Translations under genes and position numbers: made by a program | Assembly (NCBI GenBank): GCA_963845175.1 | Contig: CAWJRI010000016.1 | Location: forward strand, 6,670 to 70,669 | Origin: an uncultured archaeon | GTDB lineage: Archaea > Nanobdellota > Nanobdellia > Woesearchaeales > CAIVOO01 | DNA: 64,000 bases | Direction of reading: 5' to 3' | Shown here: positions 1-9,546 of the stretch, piece after piece | Layout: the number at the start of each line of letters is the position of its first letter | Position numbering within the stretch: the first letter of the stretch is position 1 | Notes under the pieces: generated by a model | The model's input: only the letters and a program-made list of their open reading frames with translations | What the model was told of the DNA's origin: nothing | Databases searched by the model: none

Positions 1-89
1 ATTATGTTGTTTCTCTGCGCTTCCCTTCCAAATGTCCTCTGGCTCCCTTCTGGTAGAATAAATATTGGTTGCATATTTCCTTTTGACAT
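1..89 (-). CDS. thermosome / group II chaperonin subunit (5' end only; gene runs off the window)
   Basis: Reverse translation from the ATG at 89 gives MSKGNMQPIFILPEGSQRTFGREAQRNNI, the conserved thermosome N-terminus (QP..ILPEG..R..GR.AQ..NI). GGGGTGA lies just upstream. Confidence 0.6.
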   Translation of the reverse strand, partial: MSKGNMQPIFILPEGSQRTFGREAQRNNI

Positions 90-202
90 GTTTCACCCCT
101 GAAGTCAGTTATTAGTAAGGAGGTTGTTTATAAACATTTTGTTATACGCTTTCAGTATGGAAAATAACAATTTTTATATATACTTGAACTTTCATTTTAA
201 AA

Positions 203-736
203 ATGATAATAACAATCTCAGGCACATCAGGCGCAGGCAAGTCAACTGTTGCAAAGTTTCTGGCTGAAAAGCTCAATTACAACCATTATTCCACCGGCGA
301 CATTCTTAGAAAGCTTGCAGTGGAAAGGGGAATGACAATAAATGAGCTGATGATTGCAGCGAAGACAGACAAATCAATTGACAGCGACATTGACAATTAT
401 TCAAGGAAGCTTGGCGAGAATGAAGACAATTTTGTGATTGACAGCAGGCTGGCATGGCATTTCATTCCCAAATCAGTGAAGGTGTTTCTTGACGCTGATT
501 TGAAAGTTAGGGCAGAAAGAATCTTCAGGCAGAGAAGAGAAGAGGAGAAGTTCGAGACATTCGAAGAGGCAATGGAGCTGATGGAGGAAAGGGAGAAGAT
601 CAATCTCGGCAGATACAGAAAAGTTTATGGCATAACTTATCTGGACAAGAAAAATTATGACCTGGCTATTGACACGACAAAGACAACTGCTGAAGAAGCT
701 GGTGAGAAGATACTGAAATTCATACGAAAGAAATAA
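203..736 (+). CDS. cmk: cytidylate kinase, archaeal type
   Basis: 177 aa. N-terminal P-loop [11 protein letters not shown]. Size and layout match the short archaeal CMP kinases (STGDILR..A.ERGM, IDSRLA). Confidence 0.8.
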   Translation: MIITISGTSGAGKSTVAKFLAEKLNYNHYSTGDILRKLAVERGMTINELMIAAKTDKSIDSDIDNYSRKLGENEDNFVIDSRLAWHFIPKSVKVFLDADLKVRAERIFRQRREEEKFETFEEAMELMEEREKINLGRYRKVYGITYLDKKNYDLAIDTTKTTAEEAGEKILKFIRKK

Positions 737-737
737 C

Positions 738-777
738 TTTCAATATTCTAAATAAATCACCACAAGCTTTTTAAATA
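738..777 (+). promoter_or_regulatory. conserved upstream element tttcaatattctaaataa + TATA-like ctttttaaata (upstream of FKBP gene)
   Basis: The 18-mer at 738-755 is identical to the one at 4754-4771. The 11-mer ctttttaaata at 767-777 is identical to the one at 4782-4792. Confidence 0.35.
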
Positions 778-837
778 ACCCCCTTATTCTTCTTAGTATT
801 CTTCTAATACAGCAAACGCGAATTAGAGGGCACTAAA

Positions 838-1503
838 ATGAAAGCAAAGAAAGGAGATTTTGTTGAAATTGAGTACACAGGCATCCTGAAGGAATCAGGT
901 GTAGTCTTTGACACAACTTCAGAGCAGACTGCAAAGGAGAACGAGCTTCACAGCGAGAAGCAAAAATACGGCCCAGTTATAATCTGCATTGGGCAGAGCA
1001 ATCTTGTCAAGGGACTTGACGATGACATTGAAGGGAAGGATGTCGGCGTCGAATACCAGGTTGCACTTCCGCCGGAAAACGCCTTCGGGAAGAAGTCAGC
1101 CAAACTAATCAAGCTTGTGCCGACAAAGGCATTCACAAAGCAGAACATCAGGCCGTTTCCCGGATTGCCGATAAACATTGATGACATGTACGGCATAATC
1201 AAGACAGTCACAGGCGGGAGGACAATTGTTGATTTCAACCACCCATTGTCAGGAAAGGACATAATCTACAAATACAAGATACTGAGGATTGTCACAGATG
1301 ACAATGAGAAGCTTGAGACATTCATGACAACCCAGCTGGGCATAAAGAAAGACGCGTTCAAGATAGAAAATGGCGAAAACGCAGTAAAGCTAAGCATAAA
1401 AGCAAAGCTTCCAAAAGAGGTTCAAGATATTATAACCAAAAAAGCGCTCGAGCTTATACCGACGATTAAGAAGCTTGAGATAGCTGCAGAAGAAAATAAA
1501 TAA
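838..1503 (+). CDS. FKBP-type peptidyl-prolyl cis-trans isomerase (long archaeal form)
   Basis: 221 aa. Starts GDFVEIEYTGILKESGVVFDTT and carries DFNHPLSGKD, as in archaeal FKBP/SlyD-like PPIases. Confidence 0.8.
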   Translation: MKAKKGDFVEIEYTGILKESGVVFDTTSEQTAKENELHSEKQKYGPVIICIGQSNLVKGLDDDIEGKDVGVEYQVALPPENAFGKKSAKLIKLVPTKAFTKQNIRPFPGLPINIDDMYGIIKTVTGGRTIVDFNHPLSGKDIIYKYKILRIVTDDNEKLETFMTTQLGIKKDAFKIENGENAVKLSIKAKLPKEVQDIITKKALELIPTIKKLEIAAEENK

Positions 1504-1572
1504 GTTTATATATAAGTTTAGCAATAAAAAACAAAAAGAGGCCGATATAAAACGAGGGGATGAGGTATCAAA

Positions 1573-2697
1573 ATGGAACAACATTTTAATGTAAGGCCTA
1601 TTGAAAAACACGAATTAAGCTTGAAGCAGACAATGCCTGAAAAGCACGTGCCGGAAGACGATGAACTAGAGGGATTTCTCACAAAGCAGAAGGCACAGAT
1701 AAAAGTTCTCGGAATCGGCGGCGGCGGAAACAACACAATAAACAGAATCACAGAGGTCGGCGTCAAGGGCGCTGAAACAGTGGCAATCAACACAGACGCG
1801 CAGGACCTTCTTTACACTTCAGCTGACAAGAAAATCCTTATCGGAAAAGAGATCACAAAGGGACTTGGCGCAGGCTCAATACCGAAAATCGGCGAAGATG
1901 CTGCAAGGGAGAATGAGTCAGAGATAAAGCATGCCATACAGGGCGCTGACATGGTTTTCATAACCTGCGGACTCGGCGGCGGAACAGGAACAGGAGCTGC
2001 TCCTGTTGTTGCAGAGATCAGCAAAAAGATGGGATGCCTTACTGTGGGCGTCGTTACAATGCCATTTGCAATGGAAGGCCAGCGAAGATACGAGAATGCA
2101 GTTGTCGGGCTGGAAAAAATGGAGCAGATTGTGGACACTTTGATTGTCATACCAAACGACAAGCTGCTTGAACTCGCGCCAGACCTTCCGCTTCACACAG
2201 CATTCAAGGTTGCTGACGAGATTCTGACAAACGCCGTAAAGGGAATTGCAGAGCTTGTCACAAAAGCAGGATTGGTCAATGTTGATTTTGCAGACATAAG
2301 GACAGTTATGGCAAACGGCGGAGTTGCCCTGATAGGGGTCGGCGAGTCTGACTCGGAGAACAGGGCAATAGAGGCAGTTGAAAAGGCAATTGGAAATCCA
2401 TTGCTTGATGTTGACATCTCAGGCGCAACCGGCGCATTGATTAACGTTGTCGGCGGGCCTGACATGACGCTTAATGAAGCAAGAAAAGTCGTTGAGACAG
2501 TCGGCGACAGAATTTCAGAGGACGCAAAGATAATCTGGGGCGCATTAATCTCAGAGGACCTGCAGGGCGTTATCAGGGCGATGCTGATAATAACAGGAGT
2601 ACAGTCTTCGCAGATATTCGGCGGAAGGCCGAGAAAGAAGACAGCTGCGAAGAAGAAGGAGATTGAGAACGAACTGGGAATTGACTTTGTTGATTAG
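1573..2697 (+). CDS. ftsZ: cell division GTPase FtsZ
   Basis: [12 protein letters not shown] and the tubulin signature [17 protein letters not shown]. 374 aa. Confidence 0.95.
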   Translation: MEQHFNVRPIEKHELSLKQTMPEKHVPEDDELEGFLTKQKAQIKVLGIGGGGNNTINRITEVGVKGAETVAINTDAQDLLYTSADKKILIGKEITKGLGAGSIPKIGEDAARENESEIKHAIQGADMVFITCGLGGGTGTGAAPVVAEISKKMGCLTVGVVTMPFAMEGQRRYENAVVGLEKMEQIVDTLIVIPNDKLLELAPDLPLHTAFKVADEILTNAVKGIAELVTKAGLVNVDFADIRTVMANGGVALIGVGESDSENRAIEAVEKAIGNPLLDVDISGATGALINVVGGPDMTLNEARKVVETVGDRISEDAKIIWGALISEDLQGVIRAMLIITGVQSSQIFGGRPRKKTAAKKKEIENELGIDFVD

Positions 2698-2699
2698 AC

Positions 2700-2894
2700 A
2701 TGGAAGAAGGAAAAGTTACACTGAAAGAGAAGCTGAAGCGGTTTATCTACCAATGCAGAATTGTGCTTAGGGTCACAAAAAAACCCACAAAAGAAGAATT
2801 CAAGACAATTGTCAAGGTATCAGGCATTGGAATAATGATAATCGGCTTTTTCGGGTTTGTTCTGCAGATGATAAAGCAGCTTTTATTTCCTTAA
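2700..2894 (+). CDS. secE: protein translocase subunit SecE / Sec61-gamma
   Basis: 64 aa with a single C-terminal TM helix. Sits directly upstream of spt5 as in the conserved secE-nusG/spt5 arrangement, 2 nt after the ftsZ stop. Confidence 0.75.
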   Translation: MEEGKVTLKEKLKRFIYQCRIVLRVTKKPTKEEFKTIVKVSGIGIMIIGFFGFVLQMIKQLLFP

Positions 2895-2895
2895 A

Positions 2896-3426
2896 ATGGA
2901 CGAAGTGGAAAACATAGGCGGAGAAGTGAAGGAGGAGAAGGAAAAGTCAGATACACTTATCTTCGCAGTCAGGGTCACGGCAAACAGGGAGGACCAGGTA
3001 ATGGGATTCCTGACAAGCAATGCCGAGAAAAAGAAGCTTGCTGTTTATTCTGTCATAAGGCCGCACGGCATGAGAGGCTACATTTTCATCGAGTCAGCCA
3101 CAAAGATGGATGCTGAGCAGGCTGCTTTCGGAATTCCCTATGCGAGAGGCATACTTCCGCAGCCGATTGAGTTCAGGGAAATAGAGCACATGCTTGAGCA
3201 GGTCAAGAAGGAGATGAACATAAAGAAGAGCGACATTGTCGAGATAATCGCAGGGCCGTTCAAGAGGGAGAACGCAAAGGTAACTAGGATAGACAAGACA
3301 AAAGAGGAAGTTGTTGTTGAGCTGCTTGAGTCAGCTGTCCCGATCCCAATTACTTTGAAGATGGATGCTGTCAAGGTTATAAGAAGAGATTCTGACGAAG
3401 GAGAAGCAGAGGCGGGAGAAGAATAA
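2896..3426 (+). CDS. spt5: transcription elongation factor Spt5 (NusG)
   Basis: NGN-like N-terminus (IFAVRVTANREDQV) and a KOW motif (DIVEIIAGPFKRENAKVTRID). Acidic tail. Position after secE. Confidence 0.85.
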   Translation: MDEVENIGGEVKEEKEKSDTLIFAVRVTANREDQVMGFLTSNAEKKKLAVYSVIRPHGMRGYIFIESATKMDAEQAAFGIPYARGILPQPIEFREIEHMLEQVKKEMNIKKSDIVEIIAGPFKRENAKVTRIDKTKEEVVVELLESAVPIPITLKMDAVKVIRRDSDEGEAEAGEE

Positions 3427-3427
3427 G

Positions 3428-3718
3428 TTGCGCAACGAGCTTTCAGACAGGGTAAAAGGCCTTCTAAAAAATTTTAAAAGGGCAGAGTCCCAGGAATTTG
3501 GGAATTATGCAGAATCAAATAGATTTCTTTTGGAGTATTGCGGCTATTGCCAGAAAGGGAAAAAATGCGTAATCAATTATGAATTAAGAAGTGCGATGGG
3601 CAAGGGCAGTTCTTATTGGGCAAATGCTTTTATAAAATTTGAAAGGAACTTGAATGTTGAAGTGCCAGAAGGCGCTCAGACAACAAGGGTCCATTGCAAA
3701 GACTATCAAGAAGCGTAA
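3428..3718 (+). CDS. hypothetical protein
   Basis: 96-aa ORF with a TTG start, no recognisable family, and a 3' overlap with the next ORF. Weak support. Confidence 0.3.
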   Translation: MRNELSDRVKGLLKNFKRAESQEFGNYAESNRFLLEYCGYCQKGKKCVINYELRSAMGKGSSYWANAFIKFERNLNVEVPEGAQTTRVHCKDYQEA

Positions 3719-3755
3719 AGAAAGGTTTAAATATCTCAATTTAATTCTTGCAGAT

Positions 3756-4274
3756 ATGCAAAAAAGAGACAATGAGATAAACATCAGTCTTGACAGCTAC
3801 AATGACATCTTTTCTGACTTTGACCCGAGGCCATATAAATTAAAGGCGCTGTCTGTTGATTTTCTTGATGAGGCAAGGCGCGCAAGCAGATATAATACAC
3901 CTCTTAACCTCAAATTCTTCCTTCCGGCAGACAAGAGAAACATGCAGGAGGAAAAAATAATCAAAAAAAGATTGAGTGAGCATTTCAGGAAGCACTATGA
4001 CCGGCTTGAAAAGGAAAGAAGGCAGCTGATAAAGCAGGGGCTTGGCTTCGTATTTCTTGGAATAATTTTTATGCTTCTTTCAACAGTAATTCTTATGAGC
4101 ACGGGAAGAACGTTCCTGGCAGATTTTCTGGCTGTTCTTTTCCAGCCAGCCGGCTGGTTCCTGTTCTGGGAGGGAGCGCATCTGGCAGTATTTGATTCAA
4201 GGATGAAGAAGACTGATTATGACTTTTACAGGAAGATGTCAAAGTGCAGTGTTACGTTTCTGCATTATAAATGA
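3756..4274 (+). CDS. hypothetical membrane protein (2 predicted TM helices)
   Basis: I prefer the internal ATG at 3756 (MQKRDNEINISL...). It has a charged N-terminal half followed by two hydrophobic segments (GLGFVFLGIIFMLLSTVILM, FLAVLFQPAGWFLFW). Confidence 0.5.
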   Translation: MQKRDNEINISLDSYNDIFSDFDPRPYKLKALSVDFLDEARRASRYNTPLNLKFFLPADKRNMQEEKIIKKRLSEHFRKHYDRLEKERRQLIKQGLGFVFLGIIFMLLSTVILMSTGRTFLADFLAVLFQPAGWFLFWEGAHLAVFDSRMKKTDYDFYRKMSKCSVTFLHYK

Positions 4275-4311
4275 AAATTCAAAATGATACTATTCTGCGC
4301 ACAAAAATAAA

Positions 4312-4752
4312 ATGAAGGAAAAAACATTGGTCATTATCAAGCCAGACGGCGTGAAAAAGAGGCTTGCCGGCGAATGCCTGAAAAGATTTGAGAGAGCAGG
4401 GCTGGGTATCGCCGGGCTGAAGGTTGCAAAACTCCGCAAGCCGTTCATGGGGAAATTCTACGCGCATCTGAAGCCAAAATTAAGAAAAAAGCTTTTCAAC
4501 GCAGTCATTGATTTCATGTGCTCAGGCAAAGTTGTCATGGCTGTGATTGAAGGAGAAAATGCAGTTGCCAGGGTGAGAAAGATATGCGGACCGACAAACC
4601 CGAAGGAAGCGCCAAAGGGCACAATCCGCGGCGACTTTTCAACAGATGATTTGGCTGCAAGGGCAAGGCAGAACAAGGCAACGCGGAACATAATTCATGC
4701 TTCGGGAAGCGAGGAGGATGCAAGGAGCGAGCTGAAGCTGATTAGGCTGTAA
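4312..4752 (+). CDS. ndk: nucleoside diphosphate kinase
   Basis: TLVIIKPDGVKKRL, GTIRGDF and the active-site region NIIHASGSEEDA. Confidence 0.9.
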   Translation: MKEKTLVIIKPDGVKKRLAGECLKRFERAGLGIAGLKVAKLRKPFMGKFYAHLKPKLRKKLFNAVIDFMCSGKVVMAVIEGENAVARVRKICGPTNPKEAPKGTIRGDFSTDDLAARARQNKATRNIIHASGSEEDARSELKLIRL

Positions 4753-4753
4753 T

Positions 4754-4792
4754 TTTCAATATTCTAAATAATAACAGAAACCTTTTTAAATA
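4754..4792 (+). promoter_or_regulatory. conserved upstream element tttcaatattctaaataa + TATA-like ctttttaaata (upstream of uL11)
   Basis: Same two blocks as at 738-777 with a ~10-nt spacer. The TATA block ends 22 nt before the uL11 ATG. Confidence 0.4.
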
Positions 4793-4813
4793 TACTCTAA
4801 AAACATATGAAAT

Positions 4814-5578
4814 ATGTCTAAATTAATTGTTGAAGCGATGATTGAAGGAGGCAAGGCATCTGCAGCGCCTCCTCTAGGGCCAGCGCTAGGTCCGACTGGA
4901 TTGAATGTAGCGCAGGTAATTTTAGAGATAAACAAGAAAACAGAGAGCTTCAAGGGCATGCAGGTTCCTATCAAAGTCATAGTTGAAACAGACACAAAAA
5001 CATTTGAGGTTGAAATCGGGACTCCCCCTACTTCAAGCCTAATCAAGAAAGAGGCGGGAATCGAGAAAGGCTCCGGGATGCCTCACGCAGACAAAGTTGC
5101 TGATCTTAGGATAGAGCAGATAATAAAAGTTGCAAAGATGAAATCAGATTCCCTGAGCGGAAAGACGCTGAAGGAGAAAGTAAAGTGCATAATCGGCACA
5201 TGCAATTCAATGGGAGTTCTTGTGGGCGGAAAGCCGGCTGTTGCCGCTATTCAGGATGTTAATTCCGGCAAATACGACAATGAGATAAAGGCGGAAAAGA
5301 CAGAGCTGACTGCAGATGACATGAAGAAGCTGGAAGAGGAGAAGAAGAAGCTGGCAGAAGATGTTGCAAGAAGGCACGCAGAAGAGGAGAAGAAGGCAAA
5401 CGACATAATGGCTGCGCTGGCAGGCAAGGAGAAGAGCGTCATAAAATCAAGATTAAAGGAAAACGGAATCTCAGAGTCATTGATTACAAAATTACTGGCA
5501 ACAATCGTCGGAACCGGCGGGCCTGTTGGTGCTGCGAAACCCGAAGAGAAAAAGCAAGAGAAGAAGCCAGCTGCTTAA
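4814..5578 (+). CDS. rpl11: 50S ribosomal protein uL11 with ~90-aa C-terminal extension
   Basis: GGKASAAPPLGPALGPTGLNV and TFEVEIGTPPTSSLIKK are uL11 signatures. The protein is 254 aa versus ~160 aa for typical archaeal uL11. A TATA-like ctttttaaata lies ~22 nt upstream. Confidence 0.9.
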   Translation: MSKLIVEAMIEGGKASAAPPLGPALGPTGLNVAQVILEINKKTESFKGMQVPIKVIVETDTKTFEVEIGTPPTSSLIKKEAGIEKGSGMPHADKVADLRIEQIIKVAKMKSDSLSGKTLKEKVKCIIGTCNSMGVLVGGKPAVAAIQDVNSGKYDNEIKAEKTELTADDMKKLEEEKKKLAEDVARRHAEEEKKANDIMAALAGKEKSVIKSRLKENGISESLITKLLATIVGTGGPVGAAKPEEKKQEKKPAA

Positions 5579-5581
5579 GTA

Positions 5582-6208
5582 CTATTTACTATTCTGCTGT
5601 TTTAAAGTGCTATTTTTTTGTTTTATGATGCAGAAGTAATTGTAAAGTTCTTTCTGGTGCCCGAGACTCCCCTCAAGGTCTATGTAAAAATTCTTTGTGT
5701 TTGTCAGCCATTCATCGGAAATGTTCAGCTGGCTGAACTCATTTGGGTATTTTTCCTTTAGCTCATTTATGTTTTGGAGTGCATTCCTTCCAAACTCGAT
5801 TGACATATTCTTATTTTGAAACGATTCCAAAATGCTTTCATTATTGGAACATATTATTCCATATTTTTCAATGTCCCCCTTGTAAGTCTTGTATGCAAGC
5901 ATGTAATGCTTTTCTGACAGAAGAAGGTTTTTTCTGAATGAAGCATAAAGATTGGTTGTTTCTGCACCAACTACTTTGCTGTATTCTTTTGTTATCGGGT
6001 CAATCTCGTTAATATTTAACGGGTCAGGATACCTTGGGTGCATCCTCAAATATTCAAGCCCATTGCTGTAATCAGAGAACGAGATATTGTTTGCAGCGTC
6101 AATTTTATTTATTTTAGCGACCGCATAATTGAAATTGTTGCCTGTAAAAAATTCAGCCATCGAGCAGGCAGTGCACAGCAACAGTACGAGTATTGCAAGT
6201 CTTTTCAT
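5582..6208 (-). CDS. hypothetical lipoprotein
   Basis: The internal ATG at 6208 gives MKRLAILVLLLCTAC (signal peptide plus lipobox-like LLCTAC). Low GC, no family recognised. Confidence 0.5.
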   Translation of the reverse strand: MKRLAILVLLLCTACSMAEFFTGNNFNYAVAKINKIDAANNISFSDYSNGLEYLRMHPRYPDPLNINEIDPITKEYSKVVGAETTNLYASFRKNLLLSEKHYMLAYKTYKGDIEKYGIICSNNESILESFQNKNMSIEFGRNALQNINELKEKYPNEFSQLNISDEWLTNTKNFYIDLEGSLGHQKELYNYFCIIKQKNSTLKQQNSK

Positions 6209-6261
6209 ATCCCAGGTTAGCAAAGAACTAGTATTTAAAGTTTCTGAACCAATAAACCCGT

Positions 6262-7074
6262 TCAAAATTTATCTGTCCTTGTATAATCTATGTCCTGCTT
6301 CTTCAGCATATCAACTATTTTCTGCTTGTTCTCCTTCAAGCCTTTCCAATCAAGGATTACAATGTTTGCTGAGCTTGTGCTTTTTGTCAGTGCCTGCTCA
6401 AGCATCTCTTCATCTAAATTTTCCAGATTGTATTTCGGGCAGGCATGGCCCAGCGCAATGTCTGTTTTCAGGACAATTTTCTTGAAATTCGTTGTTGTGT
6501 GCTGTCCGCCGATGCCGAATGCTGTTTTGTAATCAGGGATTTCAGCTGTGACAAGATGATAGATTACTTCTGCGATTATTTTTCCAGCTTCCTTGTTGCT
6601 CCACTGCTCCTCCGACGAGCCGATTTCAATGAACATCACCGGCTTTTCAAGGTAAGGTCCGTGATGCGTGCATTCCTGGACAACTTCAAAGCCAAGATTA
6701 TTCAGTTCCTCTAATTTTATGATTGCTTCCTTCAAATAATTTGCAGGCGCAATGCACAATTGCCTGTCTTTTCCGCCGAACTCCGCCTTTCCCCAGTTGC
6801 CTGGCGCATGTGCGCTTAAAGAAGGAATTTTTGCCTGCGACTGGTGCTTTGTAGCAAATATGAACAAGTCAGCTTCTATTTTTTTGTCAATGTTTTCGCA
6901 GTGGATTGAGTCTGTTTCTGTGATGTAGAGTTTTGTTTCTGTTGATTCTAATTCGTAGATTGGCTCTTTTTCGAATTTATAATTTGTTGCCTTGAACAGA
7001 TAGAGAAGGCGAAGGGAATTTGCTATGTTCATCCCCGCCGGATCCTTCTTTGAAGAGATTACTGCGATTTTCAT
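6262..7074 (-). CDS. dtdA: D-aminoacyl-tRNA deacylase, archaeal DTD2 type
   Basis: MKIAVISSKKDPAGMNI start and ECTHHGP motif. The 270-aa size matches the archaeal tRNA_deacylase family. Confidence 0.8.
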   Translation of the reverse strand: MKIAVISSKKDPAGMNIANSLRLLYLFKATNYKFEKEPIYELESTETKLYITETDSIHCENIDKKIEADLFIFATKHQSQAKIPSLSAHAPGNWGKAEFGGKDRQLCIAPANYLKEAIIKLEELNNLGFEVVQECTHHGPYLEKPVMFIEIGSSEEQWSNKEAGKIIAEVIYHLVTAEIPDYKTAFGIGGQHTTTNFKKIVLKTDIALGHACPKYNLENLDEEMLEQALTKSTSSANIVILDWKGLKENKQKIVDMLKKQDIDYTRTDKF

Positions 7075-7197
7075 ATTTCTATGATTTTTCTGGCTTATTA
7101 TAAATGTTTCCGAAAGATTTAAATATAAGTATATTTATATACATTAAAAATTGTAATTAATTGAATAAATAAAAAAGTAAAAAAATAAGTATATAAT

Positions 7198-9540
7198 ATG
7201 AAAAAACTGCTTGTTTTCGTCGTATTTCTGATTTCTGTAGCAGTCGCTTTTGCAGAGCAGAATCCCGGGCATCCCGCCAGCCAGATTGATCCCGGGGCAT
7301 TTCCCGCAGGCAATTACTCCTTGCAGCCAGGATATGGTTTGTACTGGGGGAATCCTACTAATTCAAACCAACATGTAAATGTTGACACCAGCGGAAATCT
7401 CTGGATTGGCAAAACCGGCGGAGCATTTTTGAAGTTTGACACTAATGGAAACATTGGTGTTGGGACAGCAAATCCAGCTTCAAAACTTGACATTAATGGG
7501 GTTTTGACTGTCGAACCTGTTGTGGATGTTTCAACCATACAGACCAATAGTGCTAATTCATTGATGAACTTTTCAACAGCCAGGTCTTCAGATAATTGGA
7601 AAAGTTTTATATTCACATCCAATAACAAAAATTTATTGACAATTCTGCAGTCAGGCAACGTCGGCATCGACACGACGAACCCATTGTACGCTCTTCATGT
7701 TGCAGGTACAGTTCAATCAGACAGATATAGAGTAGGGCCTACTGGAATTTCAGTTGCATACCAGAGCGGGTCTGATTTACAGATTGGAAGTGGCGCATCA
7801 GGCAATCCTTTAGTATTTATGGCTGGCGCAGAAAGAATGAGAATAACAGATACTGGCTACGTCGGCATCGGCACGACAAGCCCGGGCTCTAAATTAGATG
7901 TGAATGGAGACATTAATTTAAATGGACTTTTGAAAATAAGTGGAGCAAGCGGAGCAACAGGCAATGTTCTTACCAGAACAGCAACAGGCATGGCTTGGCA
8001 AACTCCTGCAGCAGGAGGCACTGGAGTTTTACCCTCAGGCACATCTGGCCAGACACTGCGCAACGACGGAACAAACTGGGTAGCGAACAGCGTATTGTTC
8101 AATAATGGAGCAAGCGTCGGCATCGGCACGACAATCCCAAATTCAAATACTTGGTTGCAACTTGGTGCTCCAAGCGGCGCAGTTTATGGCACTCTTAGTT
8201 TAAAATCAAAAAATTATGTCGGAGGAGGTTATGGAGGCATTTGGCTAGAAGCAAAAGATAACACTAATGCAATTGCCATATTTCATACTGGTTCGTTAGG
8301 AGTGATACGTACAGATTGGACAGGAACTGGCGGTTATACTGCTCCACTTGCTATTATTGGCAGCAGCGTCGGCATCGGGATGACGCCAAGTTCTGGAGAA
8401 ATGCTTGATGTTGCTGGGAATATACATATGGCTGGTCACGACCCGAAGATATATATGGTGGATACAACTGGCGGTGGCGGCCAAAAATCATTTAGTCTAA
8501 GAAGCGGTTATTCTGCAGATGGCATGTTTCAGATTTGGGATGATACAGCGAATGTAAATAGGCTTGCGATAGACACAAACGGCAACGTCGGCATCGGCAC
8601 GACGAATCCTAGCAGTTATAAACTAAACGTAGCAGGAGGCAGTTACGGAACACTTTCAACTGGAAGCACTTATGGACTTTATGGTGCATCTTCTAATTAT
8701 GTAGGAGTAAGAGGTGATGGCTCTTCTGCAGGAGGTTTTTTTTATAATACAGGCACAGGCAGTTCCGCTTACCTTGGTGATGGTAGCTATGGACTTTACA
8801 CAAATAATCCTATATCTGTAGACACAACCACAACAGGAAGCATTGAGTTGATTAAAGGAGATGGAACTAGTTGGGTCAGTTCCACTCTTCAACATTTAAA
8901 TGGTGCAAACCCTGATATGACTTGGTATAGAGTTCTTTATCCAGGTAATCCTGGTTATGCATGGGACGAAATCTATAATGTAGATAGGTATTCCATTTAT
9001 ATTGGCGGTGCAGGAGAAGCATTAACTGTTAAAAGCACAGGCAACGTCGGCATCGGCACTACGAGTCCAAGCTATAAATTAGATGTCAGTGGCGATGCAA
9101 GAGTAAGCACACTTTCGATTGGTTTTACTCCTAGTTCAGGTTGGGGGATAAAATCTTATGGTAGTTCTGTGGGGGTTTACGGAGAAACTAATACTGGAAA
9201 TGCTGTTCAAGGATACGCATATGGTAACGGTAATGGAATTCATGGCTATTCAACTAGTGGTTATGCAGGTTACTTTAATGGGAATGTGAAGATTGCAAGC
9301 GGAGGAACACTATCAGGTGTTCACATTGCAATTGATAAAAGTAGCTGCTTCACTAGTGTGCATGAAGGTTCTTTGGCATATGGAATTTCAGGTGGTTTCA
9401 CTGGTAGCACTGATAATGCAGATTGTTTTGTAGATTCGACTGGAACTACAACTGTTGACACTTATGTTGCAGTGGGTTATAGAAATGATGGCTCTGACGA
9501 TAGGGTGCTTTGCTGCAAACTTATAATTGCGGCGGGCTAA
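7198..9540 (+). CDS. secreted fibre/adhesin-like protein with GNVGIGT repeats (paralog 1)
   Basis: Signal peptide MKKLLVFVVFLISVAVAFA. The N-terminal module NPGHPASQIDPGAFPAGNYS..GYGLYWGN is shared with the ORF at 10976. At least 7 copies of (S/N)GNVGIGT(T)(N/S)P..KL(D/N)V. G/S/T/N-rich, with a Cys-containing C-terminal tip. Confidence 0.7.
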   Translation: MKKLLVFVVFLISVAVAFAEQNPGHPASQIDPGAFPAGNYSLQPGYGLYWGNPTNSNQHVNVDTSGNLWIGKTGGAFLKFDTNGNIGVGTANPASKLDINGVLTVEPVVDVSTIQTNSANSLMNFSTARSSDNWKSFIFTSNNKNLLTILQSGNVGIDTTNPLYALHVAGTVQSDRYRVGPTGISVAYQSGSDLQIGSGASGNPLVFMAGAERMRITDTGYVGIGTTSPGSKLDVNGDINLNGLLKISGASGATGNVLTRTATGMAWQTPAAGGTGVLPSGTSGQTLRNDGTNWVANSVLFNNGASVGIGTTIPNSNTWLQLGAPSGAVYGTLSLKSKNYVGGGYGGIWLEAKDNTNAIAIFHTGSLGVIRTDWTGTGGYTAPLAIIGSSVGIGMTPSSGEMLDVAGNIHMAGHDPKIYMVDTTGGGGQKSFSLRSGYSADGMFQIWDDTANVNRLAIDTNGNVGIGTTNPSSYKLNVAGGSYGTLSTGSTYGLYGASSNYVGVRGDGSSAGGFFYNTGTGSSAYLGDGSYGLYTNNPISVDTTTTGSIELIKGDGTSWVSSTLQHLNGANPDMTWYRVLYPGNPGYAWDEIYNVDRYSIYIGGAGEALTVKSTGNVGIGTTSPSYKLDVSGDARVSTLSIGFTPSSGWGIKSYGSSVGVYGETNTGNAVQGYAYGNGNGIHGYSTSGYAGYFNGNVKIASGGTLSGVHIAIDKSSCFTSVHEGSLAYGISGGFTGSTDNADCFVDSTGTTTVDTYVAVGYRNDGSDDRVLCCKLIIAAG
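7654..9060 (+). repeat. in-frame dispersed repeat, core ggcaacgtcggcatcggcac (encodes GNVGIGT)
   Basis: Copies at 7654 (1 mismatch), 7855 (variant), 8116 (variant), 8368 (variant), 8581 (exact) and 9040 (exact). All are in the reading frame of the 7198 ORF. Confidence 0.8.
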
Positions 9541-9546
9541 TTGAAA

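Noticed and set aside
3428-4274. Overlapping ORFs 3428-3718 and 3654-4274 might be one frameshifted gene
   Set aside because: I recognise neither half as part of a known family, so no continuity of a conserved domain can be shown across the junction. An internal ATG at 3756 gives a clean non-overlapping gene. Left as two ORFs with low confidence for the first.
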